Below are positions 1 through 8,954 of a DNA stretch of 32,000 bases, one piece after another. The stretch's first letter is position 1. Every line of letters begins with the position of its first letter. Under the pieces are notes generated by a model. That model saw only the letters and a program-made list of their open reading frames with translations. It was not told the DNA's origin and did not search any database. Both the position numbers and the translations under genes were made by a program. The stretch comes from Wolbachia endosymbiont of Cimex lectularius (GTDB lineage: Bacteria; Pseudomonadota; Alphaproteobacteria; Rickettsiales; Anaplasmataceae). Where the stretch lies: the NCBI RefSeq assembly GCF_000829315.1, contig NZ_AP013028.1:630001-662000 (forward strand). Reading direction: 5' to 3'.

Positions 1-309
1 AAAAGATGCTCGCAGTTTATTTGCAGTTTTATGCGGTATCACATGATTGTTAATATTGCTACAGTTAATTTCTAAAGTATGATTTGCTTTATAGTCTTTA
101 TTGTACAAAAAGTTTACTTTTGCCCCAAGACTTTCGAGCAGCTCAGACATCAGATGCACATCAATTAGATCAGGCACATTATGCAAAGTTACTGAAGAAC
201 TACTCAATAGGCTTGCTGCTGCTATTGGTAAAATAGCATTCTTTGAACCATTAACCTTGATTTTCCCAACTAAAGGCTTATGGTTACTCCTTACTAATAT
301 TTTATGCAT
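1..309 (-). CDS. murA: UDP-N-acetylglucosamine 1-carboxyvinyltransferase, N-terminal 103 codons; gene continues past window start
   Basis: Reverse translation from the ATG at 309-307 gives MHKILVRSNHKPLVGKIKVNGSKNAILPIAAASLLSSSSVTLHNVPDLIDVHLMSELLESLGAKV, a canonical MurA N-terminus. It is absent from the ORF track because there is no stop in the window. The + ORF 101..313 is its antisense shadow. Confidence 0.85.
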   Translation of the reverse strand, partial: MHKILVRSNHKPLVGKIKVNGSKNAILPIAAASLLSSSSVTLHNVPDLIDVHLMSELLESLGAKVNFLYNKDYKANHTLEINCSNINNHVIPHKTANKLRASF

Positions 310-420
310 TTAATCAAACTAGATCCTACCGAATAAGTATAGTGAATTGGCAGTAAAAGGCAAACATAGCCTCTTGATGAGTATAGTACGCCAGCGTCAA
401 ACGCTTCCCAGTTTTACTTG

Positions 421-596
421 GCTTAAGAAATTTACTAAATAGAGAAAAAAAAGCAAAAGAAGCCCCGGTCAATGTCTATTTTAATAACTTGGCGTTAATG
501 CTCTATACGCTTGACAAGTAGCTGACCTTGGGGTTGTAAATACCCATAATTTATGATAAGGGAAACGTCAAAACTTGTCAAGCAACTTTTTTGTGA
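421..596 (-). ncRNA. candidate promoter-sRNA-terminator module, copy F' (inverted duplicate of 30631..30780)
   Basis: On the - strand: -35 TTGACA (581-576), 17-nt spacer, -10 TATCAT (558-553). The ~110-nt body has a long-range helix CCCCAAGGTCA/TGACCGGGG. The 3' motif is GGGGCTTCTTTTGC plus T8 (466-445), followed by the tail TAGTAAATTTCTTAA. Confidence 0.45.
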
Positions 597-630
597 AAAA
601 AATAGAACCGGTTAACTTTTTAACTAATTA

Positions 631-920
631 AAAAAAAAGACAAAAAAACCCCGCAACGTGAGTTGTTTACTGTTCTCTCAAAAACTTGGCGTCCGGTTCT
701 CTCTTACACCGCTTAGTAAGCGAGGCTCAGCTAATGTAGACAAAAAATTATAAAGGCATGCAGTGTCCATGCTGCAAAAATTAAACATAACACGCCTTGT
801 TTTATACTGTGCTTTTGTCACTTAATACAAGATTAAAAATAAATTTTAGACCTAAAACACCCACAACTCTATTGTAAAGGCGCTAGCGAAGGTTGTCAAG
901 TAGTTTTTTTGTTTCTGTTG
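631..920 (-). ncRNA. candidate promoter-sRNA-terminator module, copy E' (inverted duplicate of 30303..30591)
   Basis: On the - strand: A-tract CAGAAACAAAAAAACTAC, -35 TTGACA (899-894), 17-nt spacer, -10 TACAAT (876-871). Internal hairpins are TGCAG-N8-CTGCA and CGCTT-N3-AAGCG. The 3' end is GGGGTTTTTTTGTC plus a T-run (~655-631). Confidence 0.45.
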
Positions 921-1036
921 AATCCAATACGCTGCCAAGAACTGGTTTGATGTAGTTATGCTAAAAATCTAATAACAAAATTTCTAGCTTTTTTGTTGTG
1001 TAGGGCTTATCATTTTGATTTAACTTTGGTGAGATT

Positions 1037-2230
1037 ATGTCAGACCTTGCAGAAAGAATGTTCCTAATAAAGCCATCACCTACGATTGCTGTAACCGACA
1101 AGGCAAATAGGTTAAAAGGCGAGGGGAAAAACATCTGCGTTTTAGCTGCAGGAGAGCCGGACTTTGACACTCCAGATCATGTAAAAAAAGCAGCTATTCA
1201 AGCAATAAACGAAGGTAAAACTAAGTATACTGCTGTTGATGGGACACGTGAACTTAAAGAGGCAATAATCAATAAGTTAAAAAGGGATAACAATCTCGAA
1301 TATACATTTAATCAAATCTGCGTTGGTACCGGCGCTAAACAGGTGTTGTTTAACTTATTTATGGCAACGATTAACCCTGGAGATGAAGCTATAATTCCGG
1401 CCCCTTATTGGGTCTCATATGTTGATATGGTAAGTCTTTTTGGCGGTCTGCCAATTGTGATAAAGTGCAAGCAAAACTTCAAGCTAACACCAGAATTGTT
1501 AAAAAGCAAAATAACTAAGAAGACTAAGTGGTTGATCCTTAACTCACCGAACAACCCAGCAGGAATTGTGTATACACATGATGAACTGAAAGACATAGCA
1601 CAAGTATTGCTTGAATATCCCCACGTGAACGTTGTTACAGATGATATTTATGAGCATATAATATACGATGAGAAGTTTTTTACTATTGCCCAAGTTGAAC
1701 CGAGGCTTTATGATAGGGTTTTTGTGGTCAATGGGGTATCAAAAGCTTACGCAATGACAGGCTGGAGAATAGGTTATATTGCAGGTAAAAGTGATATAAT
1801 AAAAGCTATTTCTGCACTGCAATCTCAGAGCACCTCTAATCCAAACTCAATAGCACAGGCAGCAGCAGTTGAAGCTTTAAGCGACAATCATGATTTTTTG
1901 AAGGAAAGAACAAGAATTTTCAAGAATCGTAGAGATTTTGTGGTAGAGAAGCTAAGTTCTGCTTCAGGACTATCAGCATCTACTCCGCAAGGTGCGTTTT
2001 ATTTGTTCGTCTCGTGCAAAGGCTTGTTAGGTAAGAGCACAAAAAATGGTAAAGTAATAAATAATGACCTCGATTTCACTGAATACTTGCTGGAGGATCA
2101 TTTAGTTGCCGTAGTTCCAGGAGTTGCGTTCGGCCTTGAAAATTTTGCCAGAATTTCTTATGCGACCTCTCAGGAACAACTAGAAATTGGATGCAACAGT
2201 ATTATTAAAGCATGTGAAACACTAAGTTGA
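1037..2230 (+). CDS. aatA: aspartate/aromatic aminotransferase (PLP-dependent, class I)
   Basis: 397-aa ORF with class-I aminotransferase motifs NSPNNPAG and the PLP-lysine block SKAYAMTGWRIGY. Confidence 0.85.
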   Translation: MSDLAERMFLIKPSPTIAVTDKANRLKGEGKNICVLAAGEPDFDTPDHVKKAAIQAINEGKTKYTAVDGTRELKEAIINKLKRDNNLEYTFNQICVGTGAKQVLFNLFMATINPGDEAIIPAPYWVSYVDMVSLFGGLPIVIKCKQNFKLTPELLKSKITKKTKWLILNSPNNPAGIVYTHDELKDIAQVLLEYPHVNVVTDDIYEHIIYDEKFFTIAQVEPRLYDRVFVVNGVSKAYAMTGWRIGYIAGKSDIIKAISALQSQSTSNPNSIAQAAAVEALSDNHDFLKERTRIFKNRRDFVVEKLSSASGLSASTPQGAFYLFVSCKGLLGKSTKNGKVINNDLDFTEYLLEDHLVAVVPGVAFGLENFARISYATSQEQLEIGCNSIIKACETLS

Positions 2231-2285
2231 CTTTCTGCATTCTCATGTGTAATGTTTTCGTATGTCAGTAGAAAGGAACTAATTT

Positions 2286-2604
2286 ATGGCCTGGTTATAT
2301 TTATTGTTGGCTGGCTTACTTGAAGTTGTGTGGACAACGGCACTAAAGTATAGTGATGGTTTTGCCCGCATTACGCCTGTGGTAATTATTTTAGTTTGTG
2401 CTCCTGTAAGCCTTTACTAGCTATCAGTAGCAATGAAGTCTATTCCCCCTTGGCACATCCTACGCAATTTGGACTGGTATAGGCTCTATAGGCGCAGCGG
2501 TAGTAGGAGTAATGTTTTTTAATGATCCAGTGAATTTTGGGCGTTTATTTTCTATTGTTTTGGTGGTGCTGGGTATTATAGGCTTAAAAGTGTTTACCAA
2601 ATAA
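2286..2604 (+). pseudogene. sugE: SMR-family (SugE/Gdx-like) small multidrug/guanidinium exporter, disrupted
   Basis: The ORF starts MAWLYLLLAGLLEVVWTTALKYSDGF, a typical SugE TM1 with the conserved Glu. There is an in-frame TAG at 2418-2420. The frame then shifts +1 at the C5 run 2445-2449. After that, LGTSYAIWTGIGSIGAAVVGVMFFNDPVNFGRLFSIVLVVLGIIGLKVFTK reads to the TAA at 2602-2604. Confidence 0.8.
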
Positions 2605-2670
2605 GCAGTAAAGGCTAGGTGTGAGAATGCATATGCTAGAAATTGAGGTAAGTAGACGCTCATAAATTGT

Positions 2671-3207
2671 TTATTTTACCAAGTCGAGAATATTTACTGA
2701 AGTCACCTCGGATTCCTTAATTTGTGAAGAAGGGTGTCCTATTGATTGGGCAAGTATATTTCTGATGTTTAACTTATTTTCTTCATTTTGCTGAATTAAA
2801 TTAATATCATTTATTTTTTTCACCAAACCTTCTCCTCCCCCCAGGATTTTTAAATCACTTTCGTTGATATTATATTTGTTAAATCCCTCGACGATTTCCT
2901 TTTTCGTTTGGTGGGTATCCAAAAATGTCGACACTTGCTGCTTAGCAATAGCGTGAAGTAGTTTTTTATTAGACGTTAACTCTCCATATACACTTTCTAG
3001 ACTAATATCTAAATGTTTTGCTTTGCTTACAGCTAGTTTTATGGTCTCTTCTACTTTGCTTAAAAGTTCCCTATATAGCTTGTCATATCTGTTACCCGTA
3101 TGAGCGGCAAACGTTTGCTCGATGTATTTTGTTAAGTAATTTTGTAGCGTGTTGTTTTTTATGCTTGTACTCATTGGCTCACCTTTGCTTGACATTATAT
3201 TGACCAT
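2671..3207 (-). CDS. hypothetical soluble protein (178 aa), no recognisable family
   Basis: Long ORF in an otherwise empty interval, with no TM segments and a helical/charged composition. The start codon is uncertain because there are several in-frame Met near the N-terminus. Confidence 0.5.
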   Translation of the reverse strand: MVNIMSSKGEPMSTSIKNNTLQNYLTKYIEQTFAAHTGNRYDKLYRELLSKVEETIKLAVSKAKHLDISLESVYGELTSNKKLLHAIAKQQVSTFLDTHQTKKEIVEGFNKYNINESDLKILGGGEGLVKKINDINLIQQNEENKLNIRNILAQSIGHPSSQIKESEVTSVNILDLVK

Positions 3208-3464
3208 TATACATGCGGAAAGGTTAATATTGAGTTAACTAAAACGTTTCTGATGTTAGGTTTTACTAAAAATTATACTACTTTAGATATAATTATTCCC
3301 ATTTTTAGAAATGCTCTCTGTGTTCAAGCAGCTAAGGCTAGAAAATCTAGTTGATACATAGTTACTTATTTGCTATGAATTTAACTGCGCTAAATTTTAG
3401 CAAATTAAAATTTATAAAAAATAGTTTTTTATAAACCTATGATTTTAAATTTAAGGTGAGGTTG

Positions 3465-4673
3465 ATGCTACAAAGAAACTTTTTAATATGGTTGCTAGCA
3501 TCGCTGTTCTATGCGTACCAATACATATTACGCGTAATCCCGAACATAATCGCACCTGAATTAATAACAAAGTTTAACATAAGTGTTACAGATGTTGGTC
3601 AATTCGGTGGGCTGTATTATGTAGGCTATACGCTTGCTCACATACCTGTTGGTCTTTTTCTTGACAGATCTGGCCCAAAACTTGTTTTGCCTATATGCAC
3701 TATTTTGATATTTGCTGGGACACTACCGCTTATATGCTTCGATGAGTGGTATTACTCAATACTTGGTAGAATAATCATCGGAATTGGATCGTCTGCTTCA
3801 GCAATTGGGATCTTTAAAGTTGCAAGCATGTATTTTTCACAAGAAAAATCAGCAAGAATGGCCAGTTTGTCTATAATAATAGGACTACTAGGAGCTATTT
3901 ATGGTGGATTACCCTTGGACTTTTTACTCGATAAATTTGGTTGGGATTATGTTATTTATACTTTCTCGGCGTTTGGTTGTTTGCTTGCTTTGCTGTTATT
4001 CTTTGTAACGCCAAGCAGTAATGCACAAGAGAGTGCAAGTGACAATGTACTTCAAGATTTAAAAACTGTGCTCTTCAACAAACATATCATTCTGATCAGT
4101 TTTTTTGGTGGCTTAATGGTTGGTCCATTAGAAGGTTTTGCTGATGGCTGGGCAAAAGCATTCTTGTGTGAGGTGTATCAAATGACTGGAGATCTAGCGT
4201 CTTCGCTTTCTTCTCTCATGTTTATAGGTATGGGAGCTGGAGCATTCTTTTTGGCTTACCTGCTGGAAAAGTGTCCAAATAGGCATTACGAAGTAATTAT
4301 TGCGTGTTCTTTTGCAATGATCGCTAGCTTCCTTTTGCTTTTTACACGAGCTGGTGGCCTATATGTCGTGCTACCTGCACTTCTTGTTATTGGCTTTGCA
4401 TCTGGATATCAGGTAATTACCATTTACAAAGCAATAAGTTATGTGAACAATAACTTGGTAGGCTTGGCTACGGCCGTATCAAACATGATAGTTATGGTTT
4501 TTGGCTATTTTTTTCACGTTGGAATCGCAAAAATAGTAGATTTGTATTGGGATGGAATGATAATACAAGGAAATCCTGTGTATGGTGCTGGATTGCTGGT
4601 AAAAGCAATATCGATTATTCCTATATGTCTACTCCTGGCTGCTTTTGGTTTTGTGTGGTTGAAACGATCTTAA
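3465..4673 (+). CDS. MFS transporter
   Basis: About 12 hydrophobic segments. The MFS loop 2-3 motif is GLFLDRSGPK. I prefer the ATG at 3465, preceded by GGTGAGG, over the in-frame GTG at 3456 used by the ORF track. Confidence 0.8.
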   Translation: MLQRNFLIWLLASLFYAYQYILRVIPNIIAPELITKFNISVTDVGQFGGLYYVGYTLAHIPVGLFLDRSGPKLVLPICTILIFAGTLPLICFDEWYYSILGRIIIGIGSSASAIGIFKVASMYFSQEKSARMASLSIIIGLLGAIYGGLPLDFLLDKFGWDYVIYTFSAFGCLLALLLFFVTPSSNAQESASDNVLQDLKTVLFNKHIILISFFGGLMVGPLEGFADGWAKAFLCEVYQMTGDLASSLSSLMFIGMGAGAFFLAYLLEKCPNRHYEVIIACSFAMIASFLLLFTRAGGLYVVLPALLVIGFASGYQVITIYKAISYVNNNLVGLATAVSNMIVMVFGYFFHVGIAKIVDLYWDGMIIQGNPVYGAGLLVKAISIIPICLLLAAFGFVWLKRS

Positions 4674-4729
4674 AATTGCTTGTAGCGAACATACATTTTA
4701 ATATCATTGAGTTAAACGAAGTTTGATCT

Positions 4730-6007
4730 ATGACAAGTGTTTCAGAAAAAATCTGCAGTTTTAAAAATGGTTTAAAGTCTTTTGATGACGAGATTTATCA
4801 ATCTATAGAGAAGGAATTACAGCGTCAAAGGTTGCAACTGCAACTGATTGCATCAGAAAATTTTGCAAGCAAAGCAGTGATGGAGGCACAAGGCTCTTTT
4901 CTGACCAATAAATATGCGGAAGGTTATCCAGGGAAAAGGTATTACTGTGGTTGTGAATATGTGGATGAGGTCGAAAGTCTAGCTATAGAGAGGCTCTGTA
5001 AACTGTTTGGTGTTAAATTTGCGAACGTTCAACCTCATTCTGGTTCTCAGGCAAATCAAGCAGTGTTTGCTTCATTGCTTACCCCGGGCGATACGATACT
5101 TGGATTATCGCTGAGTTGCGGTGGACACCTAACTCATGGTGCGGCACCAAGCCTTTCTGGTAAATGGTTTAAGTCGATTCAGTATACAGTCAGCAAAGAC
5201 ACTTATCTGCTCGGTATGGACGAGGTAGAAAAACTGGCACTCGAGCATAAGCCAAAACTGATCATAGCTGGTGCTTCTACTTATCCAAGAAAGATAAACT
5301 TCAAGCGTTTTCGTGAAATCGCGGATAAAGTTGGCGCGTATTTGCTTACTGATATTGCTCACTATGCGGGGCTTATTGCAGCGGACGAATATCCATCACC
5401 TGCTGGATATGCACACGTTATGACTTCTACGACTCACAAAACTCTGCGTGGTCCTAGAGGTGGAGTAATAATGACGAATGATGAAACGTTACATAAAAAA
5501 ATTCAATCAGCAGTTTTCCCAGGGCTGCAAGGTGGGCCGCTTATGCATGTAATAGCCGCAAAAGCTGTTGCATTTAAAGAAGCATTGGCGCCAGAGTTTA
5601 AAACTTATAGCAGAAAAGTTGTGGAAAATGCGAAAGTGCTAGCTCAAGCGCTGCAAGAGCATGGACTGAGTATTATAACCGGTGGCACTGACTCTCATAT
5701 AGTGCTAGTTGACTTAAGACCACAAAAATTGACCGGAAAAGACGTTGTAGATAGCCTTGAAAGGGCTGGTATTACCTGCAATAAAAACTCTGTACCATTT
5801 GACACAGAGAAGCCAACCATTACTTCAGGGCTGCGTTTTGGCACTGCTGCTGAGACAACACGTGGACTTGGGGTGAAAAATTTTAAAGAAATAGCAGACT
5901 TAATAAACGAGATAATTCAAGGACTAATCAGCAAAAATAGCTTAAATGTTGAAAAAACAGTGAAGAGCAAAGTTGAAAAGATTTGTAATGATTTTCCTAT
6001 TTATTAA
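4730..6007 (+). CDS. glyA: serine hydroxymethyltransferase
   Basis: 425-aa ORF with the SHMT PLP-site signature [14 protein letters not shown] and [13 protein letters not shown]. Confidence 0.95.
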   Translation: MTSVSEKICSFKNGLKSFDDEIYQSIEKELQRQRLQLQLIASENFASKAVMEAQGSFLTNKYAEGYPGKRYYCGCEYVDEVESLAIERLCKLFGVKFANVQPHSGSQANQAVFASLLTPGDTILGLSLSCGGHLTHGAAPSLSGKWFKSIQYTVSKDTYLLGMDEVEKLALEHKPKLIIAGASTYPRKINFKRFREIADKVGAYLLTDIAHYAGLIAADEYPSPAGYAHVMTSTTHKTLRGPRGGVIMTNDETLHKKIQSAVFPGLQGGPLMHVIAAKAVAFKEALAPEFKTYSRKVVENAKVLAQALQEHGLSIITGGTDSHIVLVDLRPQKLTGKDVVDSLERAGITCNKNSVPFDTEKPTITSGLRFGTAAETTRGLGVKNFKEIADLINEIIQGLISKNSLNVEKTVKSKVEKICNDFPIY

Positions 6008-6055
6008 CTCTAGTAATTTATATGGTGTCATCCAAGCAGTTCATAGAAACAGGGT

Positions 6056-6326
6056 CAAAAAACTACTTGACAAATTCCTCCAAACCCTTTATAATGAGAC
6101 TGAAGCTATTCATTTAACTTCGCAATCTGCAGATTAAAATGACAAAGGAAACTTTGTATTTGGCGTCTCATGTCTTTTTAAAACTTCTGGTTTTTACCTA
6201 TACAAGCTGAAACGCGCTTATAAGTCGTTTAAGACAGTATAGAACGTCAAATAGAACAAGGGAGAATTTGAATACTAGCTGCTCTGGGTTTCTTTTGCCT
6301 TTTTTTTCTGCTTAGTAAATTTTTTT
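6056..6326 (+). ncRNA. candidate promoter-sRNA-terminator module, copy A
   Basis: -35 TTGACA (6067-6072), 17-nt spacer, -10 TATAAT (6090-6095). There is a 5' hairpin GAAG..CTTC. The 3' half (6180-6300) is nearly identical to 21686-21806. It ends GGGTTTCTTTTGCC plus T8 and CTGCTTAGTAAATTT. Confidence 0.45.
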
Positions 6327-6339
6327 AATATTTATTATT

Positions 6340-6660
6340 AAAGTAGTATCCTGGATGCCAGTGTCGAGCACATAGCTGTACGAACATTGCAATTAGCAGG
6401 TAATTTGCGTAACAGATGGTGTCATGCCAGTGCTTGACACTGGGATCCAGCATTTCCATAATCATCAAAACGTCGTATTTTAACATAAAACAGCTACTTT
6501 TATACTCGCCAACTTAATAAAACTCCTGGATGCCAGTGTCAAGCACTGGCATGACACCCTAGTGGTAGGCTCAAATTACAATGTTCGTACAGTTGTGTGT
6601 CGAGCACTGGAATGACAAAAAAAGCTACTGGGATGACAAGAAGGGGTGCCGAAATGACGC
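6340..6660. repeat. cluster of nested palindromic repeats (GGATGCCAGTGTCAAGCACTGGCATGACACC-type units)
   Basis: The unit occurs at 6349-6371, in reverse orientation at 6419-6451, and at 6527-6558 (hairpin GCCAGTG/CACTGGC). A second inverted pair is GTACGAACATTGCAATT (6378-6394) and AATTACAATGTTCGTAC (6573-6590). Degenerate CTGGNATGAC units follow up to ~6660. Confidence 0.85.
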
Positions 6661-6831
6661 TCTCCCTGAAATGCCCATGGCTAAATATCAAAGCTATGGG
6701 CATTGTTGTGCAGATTAGTTGCCTGCAGTCACTTCTTTATTATGATCAACAGCTTCGTGCTTTGTTTCACTAAACTTACTTGACACTTTATCAACAGCCC
6801 AAGTTAGTGGTGTAACAACAAGTGCGGCAGT

Positions 6832-7305
6832 CTAGATGACAGCACTGATAGCATAGCTCAAAACTGTGTTAACAAATTCAGCTACTTTTTCACTGTGCTC
6901 ATCCGCCTTCTTTGATAGCGTGTTTGAATAGCCCACCAATGACTCTGTATTGTCTTTAAGACCAAACTTATCTGTTACTTTCGTTAACCCTTTTGCTGGC
7001 CAGTATGAAAGATACGCAAATGCTAGATATAAAGGTTGTAGAACTATATTAGCTAGTGCACAAGTAGTAAGACCAACCATACCACGATTTCCGTGCTCTC
7101 TACTACCTAGGTTATCTTTGCTTTCCTCAACATCAAAAACTGCATCCTTCACTGGCCCTAGTACACTATCAATATAGTAAACGGATTTATAGAAACAGTT
7201 TTGTGGAACTTGATTGTTATTTTCTGCAACCGGAACAGTCCCGAGTTGAGCATATTGCTTGAAATTCTCATATGAACTCTTGAAGTTCTCAGATAGATTT
7301 GACAT
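6832..7305 (-). CDS. hypothetical membrane-associated protein (157 aa), probably truncated by an in-frame TAG
   Basis: The ORF has a strong SD (TAGGAGGCT) 4 nt upstream of the ATG at 7305. It has a hydrophobic core, MVGLTTCALANIVLQPLYLAFAYLSYW. Past the TAG at 6834-6832 the frame stays open for 38 more sense codons, to the TAA at 6717-6715. Confidence 0.5.
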   Translation of the reverse strand: MSNLSENFKSSYENFKQYAQLGTVPVAENNNQVPQNCFYKSVYYIDSVLGPVKDAVFDVEESKDNLGSREHGNRGMVGLTTCALANIVLQPLYLAFAYLSYWPAKGLTKVTDKFGLKDNTESLVGYSNTLSKKADEHSEKVAEFVNTVLSYAISAVI

Positions 7306-7318
7306 ATTAGCCTCCTAA

Positions 7319-8178
7319 GAACCTGTTTAAAATCTTGGAAATGTGAGGTAAAGTAAGCATAGATTAATAATGAGGTGTCTATGCAGAAAAGTTATCCAAG
7401 TAATATAAGTCAAGAGCAGTTTGAAAAAATCAGGCCAATTTTGGAGAGTAGCAAGCAGAAAACAAAACCAAGAAAACTTGATTTGTATGACGTATTTTGT
7501 GGGGTGTTGTACGTCTTAAAAAGTGGTTGTCAGTGGAGGATGTTACCAAAGGGTTTTCCAAGATGGGAAAGCGTATATTACTATTTTCGAGTGTGGAGTA
7601 AAAAGAATGGAGAAGAGCCAAGCTTGTTGGAATTAGTCTTAAAAAAAATTAGTTGGAGAGGTCCGTATCAGCAATGGTCGGAAAGAGAAAACTAGCTTTT
7701 GTATAATTGATTCTCAAAGCGTTAAAAACGCAGATACTGCTGAAAAAAAAGGCTATGATGCAGGTAAAAAGATTTCAGGGATAAAGCGCCATATTGCAGT
7801 TGATACACAAGGTTTGCCACATGCAATTTATGTAACAACGGCAGAAGCAACTGACCGTAGCAGTGCTGTGAAAATGGTCGAAAATGCTAAAGCAAACCTC
7901 TCTGAAGTTAAAAACATACTGGTTGATGCTGGCTACACAGGAGAAAATTTTGCAACACAAATAAAAGCTATCATTGGTGCGACTGTTGAAGTAATAAAGC
8001 GAAGTGAGTTACACACTTTCGTTGTATTGCCAAAAAGATGGGTTGTTGAACGCTCTTTTGCCTGGTTAGAAAAGTGCAGGCGATTGTGGAAAAATTGCGA
8101 GCGGAAGCTCAACACTAGCTTACAGATGATAGTCCTCTCCTTCATTTCTCTCCTGTTACGAAGATTTTAAACAGGTTC
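7319..8178 (+). mobile_element. IS5-family insertion sequence (IS427/IS1031-like), 860 bp
   Basis: Perfect 18-bp terminal inverted repeats: GAACCTGTTTAAAATCTT (7319-7336) and its complement (8161-8178). Flanking TAA direct repeats lie at 7316-7318 and 8179-8181. Confidence 0.9.
7375..8170 (+). CDS. IS5-family DDE transposase encoded in two frames joined at an A8 tract
   Basis: orfA 7375-7695 carries the N-terminal block DVFCGVLYVLKSGCQWRMLP. The second frame is open from 7643 and reads KKLVGEVRISNGRKEKTSFCIIDSQSVKN...VDAGYTG...ERSFAWL (DDE residues). The frames overlap at A8 (7641-7648), and one fewer A would give a single 264-aa ORF. Confidence 0.85.
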
Positions 8179-8344
8179 TAAAAAAACTATAATAAAAAAA
8201 TGCAATTCTTATTACATTACTATACTATTATAACTTATTTTAAAATAATTGCAATAGTTGTATTAATATTTTAACCAAATTATATGTTGCATAAAAGCAC
8301 TTATTGCTCTAACATCGCAGTAGGTTAGAAATGAAGAGGTTTTT

Positions 8345-8953
8345 ATGAGTTTTACTTTACCTGAATTACCATACGATAAAACAGCTTTAGAGCCTTATAT
8401 ATCTGCAAGGACTTTGGATTTTCATTATGATAAGCATCATAGGGGGTATTTAAACAAACTCAATGAGCTGGTTGAGAATACTGATTATCAACAGGCAAAA
8501 ATTGAGGAATTAATAACGAAAGTTTATGTTAACAGTGATAAAATTCCTGTGTTTAACAACGCAGCACAAGTTTGGAACCACACTTTTTACTGGAATTCAA
8601 TGAAGAAAAATGGTGGTGGTAAGCCTCAGAATGACAGTATTCTAGCAAAAAAAATTCAAGACGATATCGGTGGCTTTGATAAATTTTATGAAGGATTTTC
8701 AAGTCACGGAGTAGGCCAGTTTGGCAGCGGATGGGTATGGTTAGTGCTTGAAAAAGGAAAACTCAAAATTACCAAGACTTCAAATGCGGATTTGCCATTA
8801 ATTTACAGCCAAGTGCCACTACTTACTATGGATGTGTGGGAACATGCATATTATCTGGATTGTCAAAACCGTAGAATTGACTATATAAAAGTTTTCCTTG
8901 ATCATTTGATTAATTGGGATTTTGCAGAAGAGAATTTGAGAAAGAACACATAA
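8345..8953 (+). CDS. sodB: Fe/Mn superoxide dismutase
   Basis: 202-aa ORF with SOD metal-ligand motifs FHYDKHH and DVWEHAYYLD. Confidence 0.95.
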   Translation: MSFTLPELPYDKTALEPYISARTLDFHYDKHHRGYLNKLNELVENTDYQQAKIEELITKVYVNSDKIPVFNNAAQVWNHTFYWNSMKKNGGGKPQNDSILAKKIQDDIGGFDKFYEGFSSHGVGQFGSGWVWLVLEKGKLKITKTSNADLPLIYSQVPLLTMDVWEHAYYLDCQNRRIDYIKVFLDHLINWDFAEENLRKNT

Positions 8954-8954
8954 G

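Noticed and set aside
2460-2663. 67-aa ORF on the - strand.
   Set aside because: It is antisense to the C-terminal half of the sugE pseudogene, whose + strand reading is clearly SMR-like.
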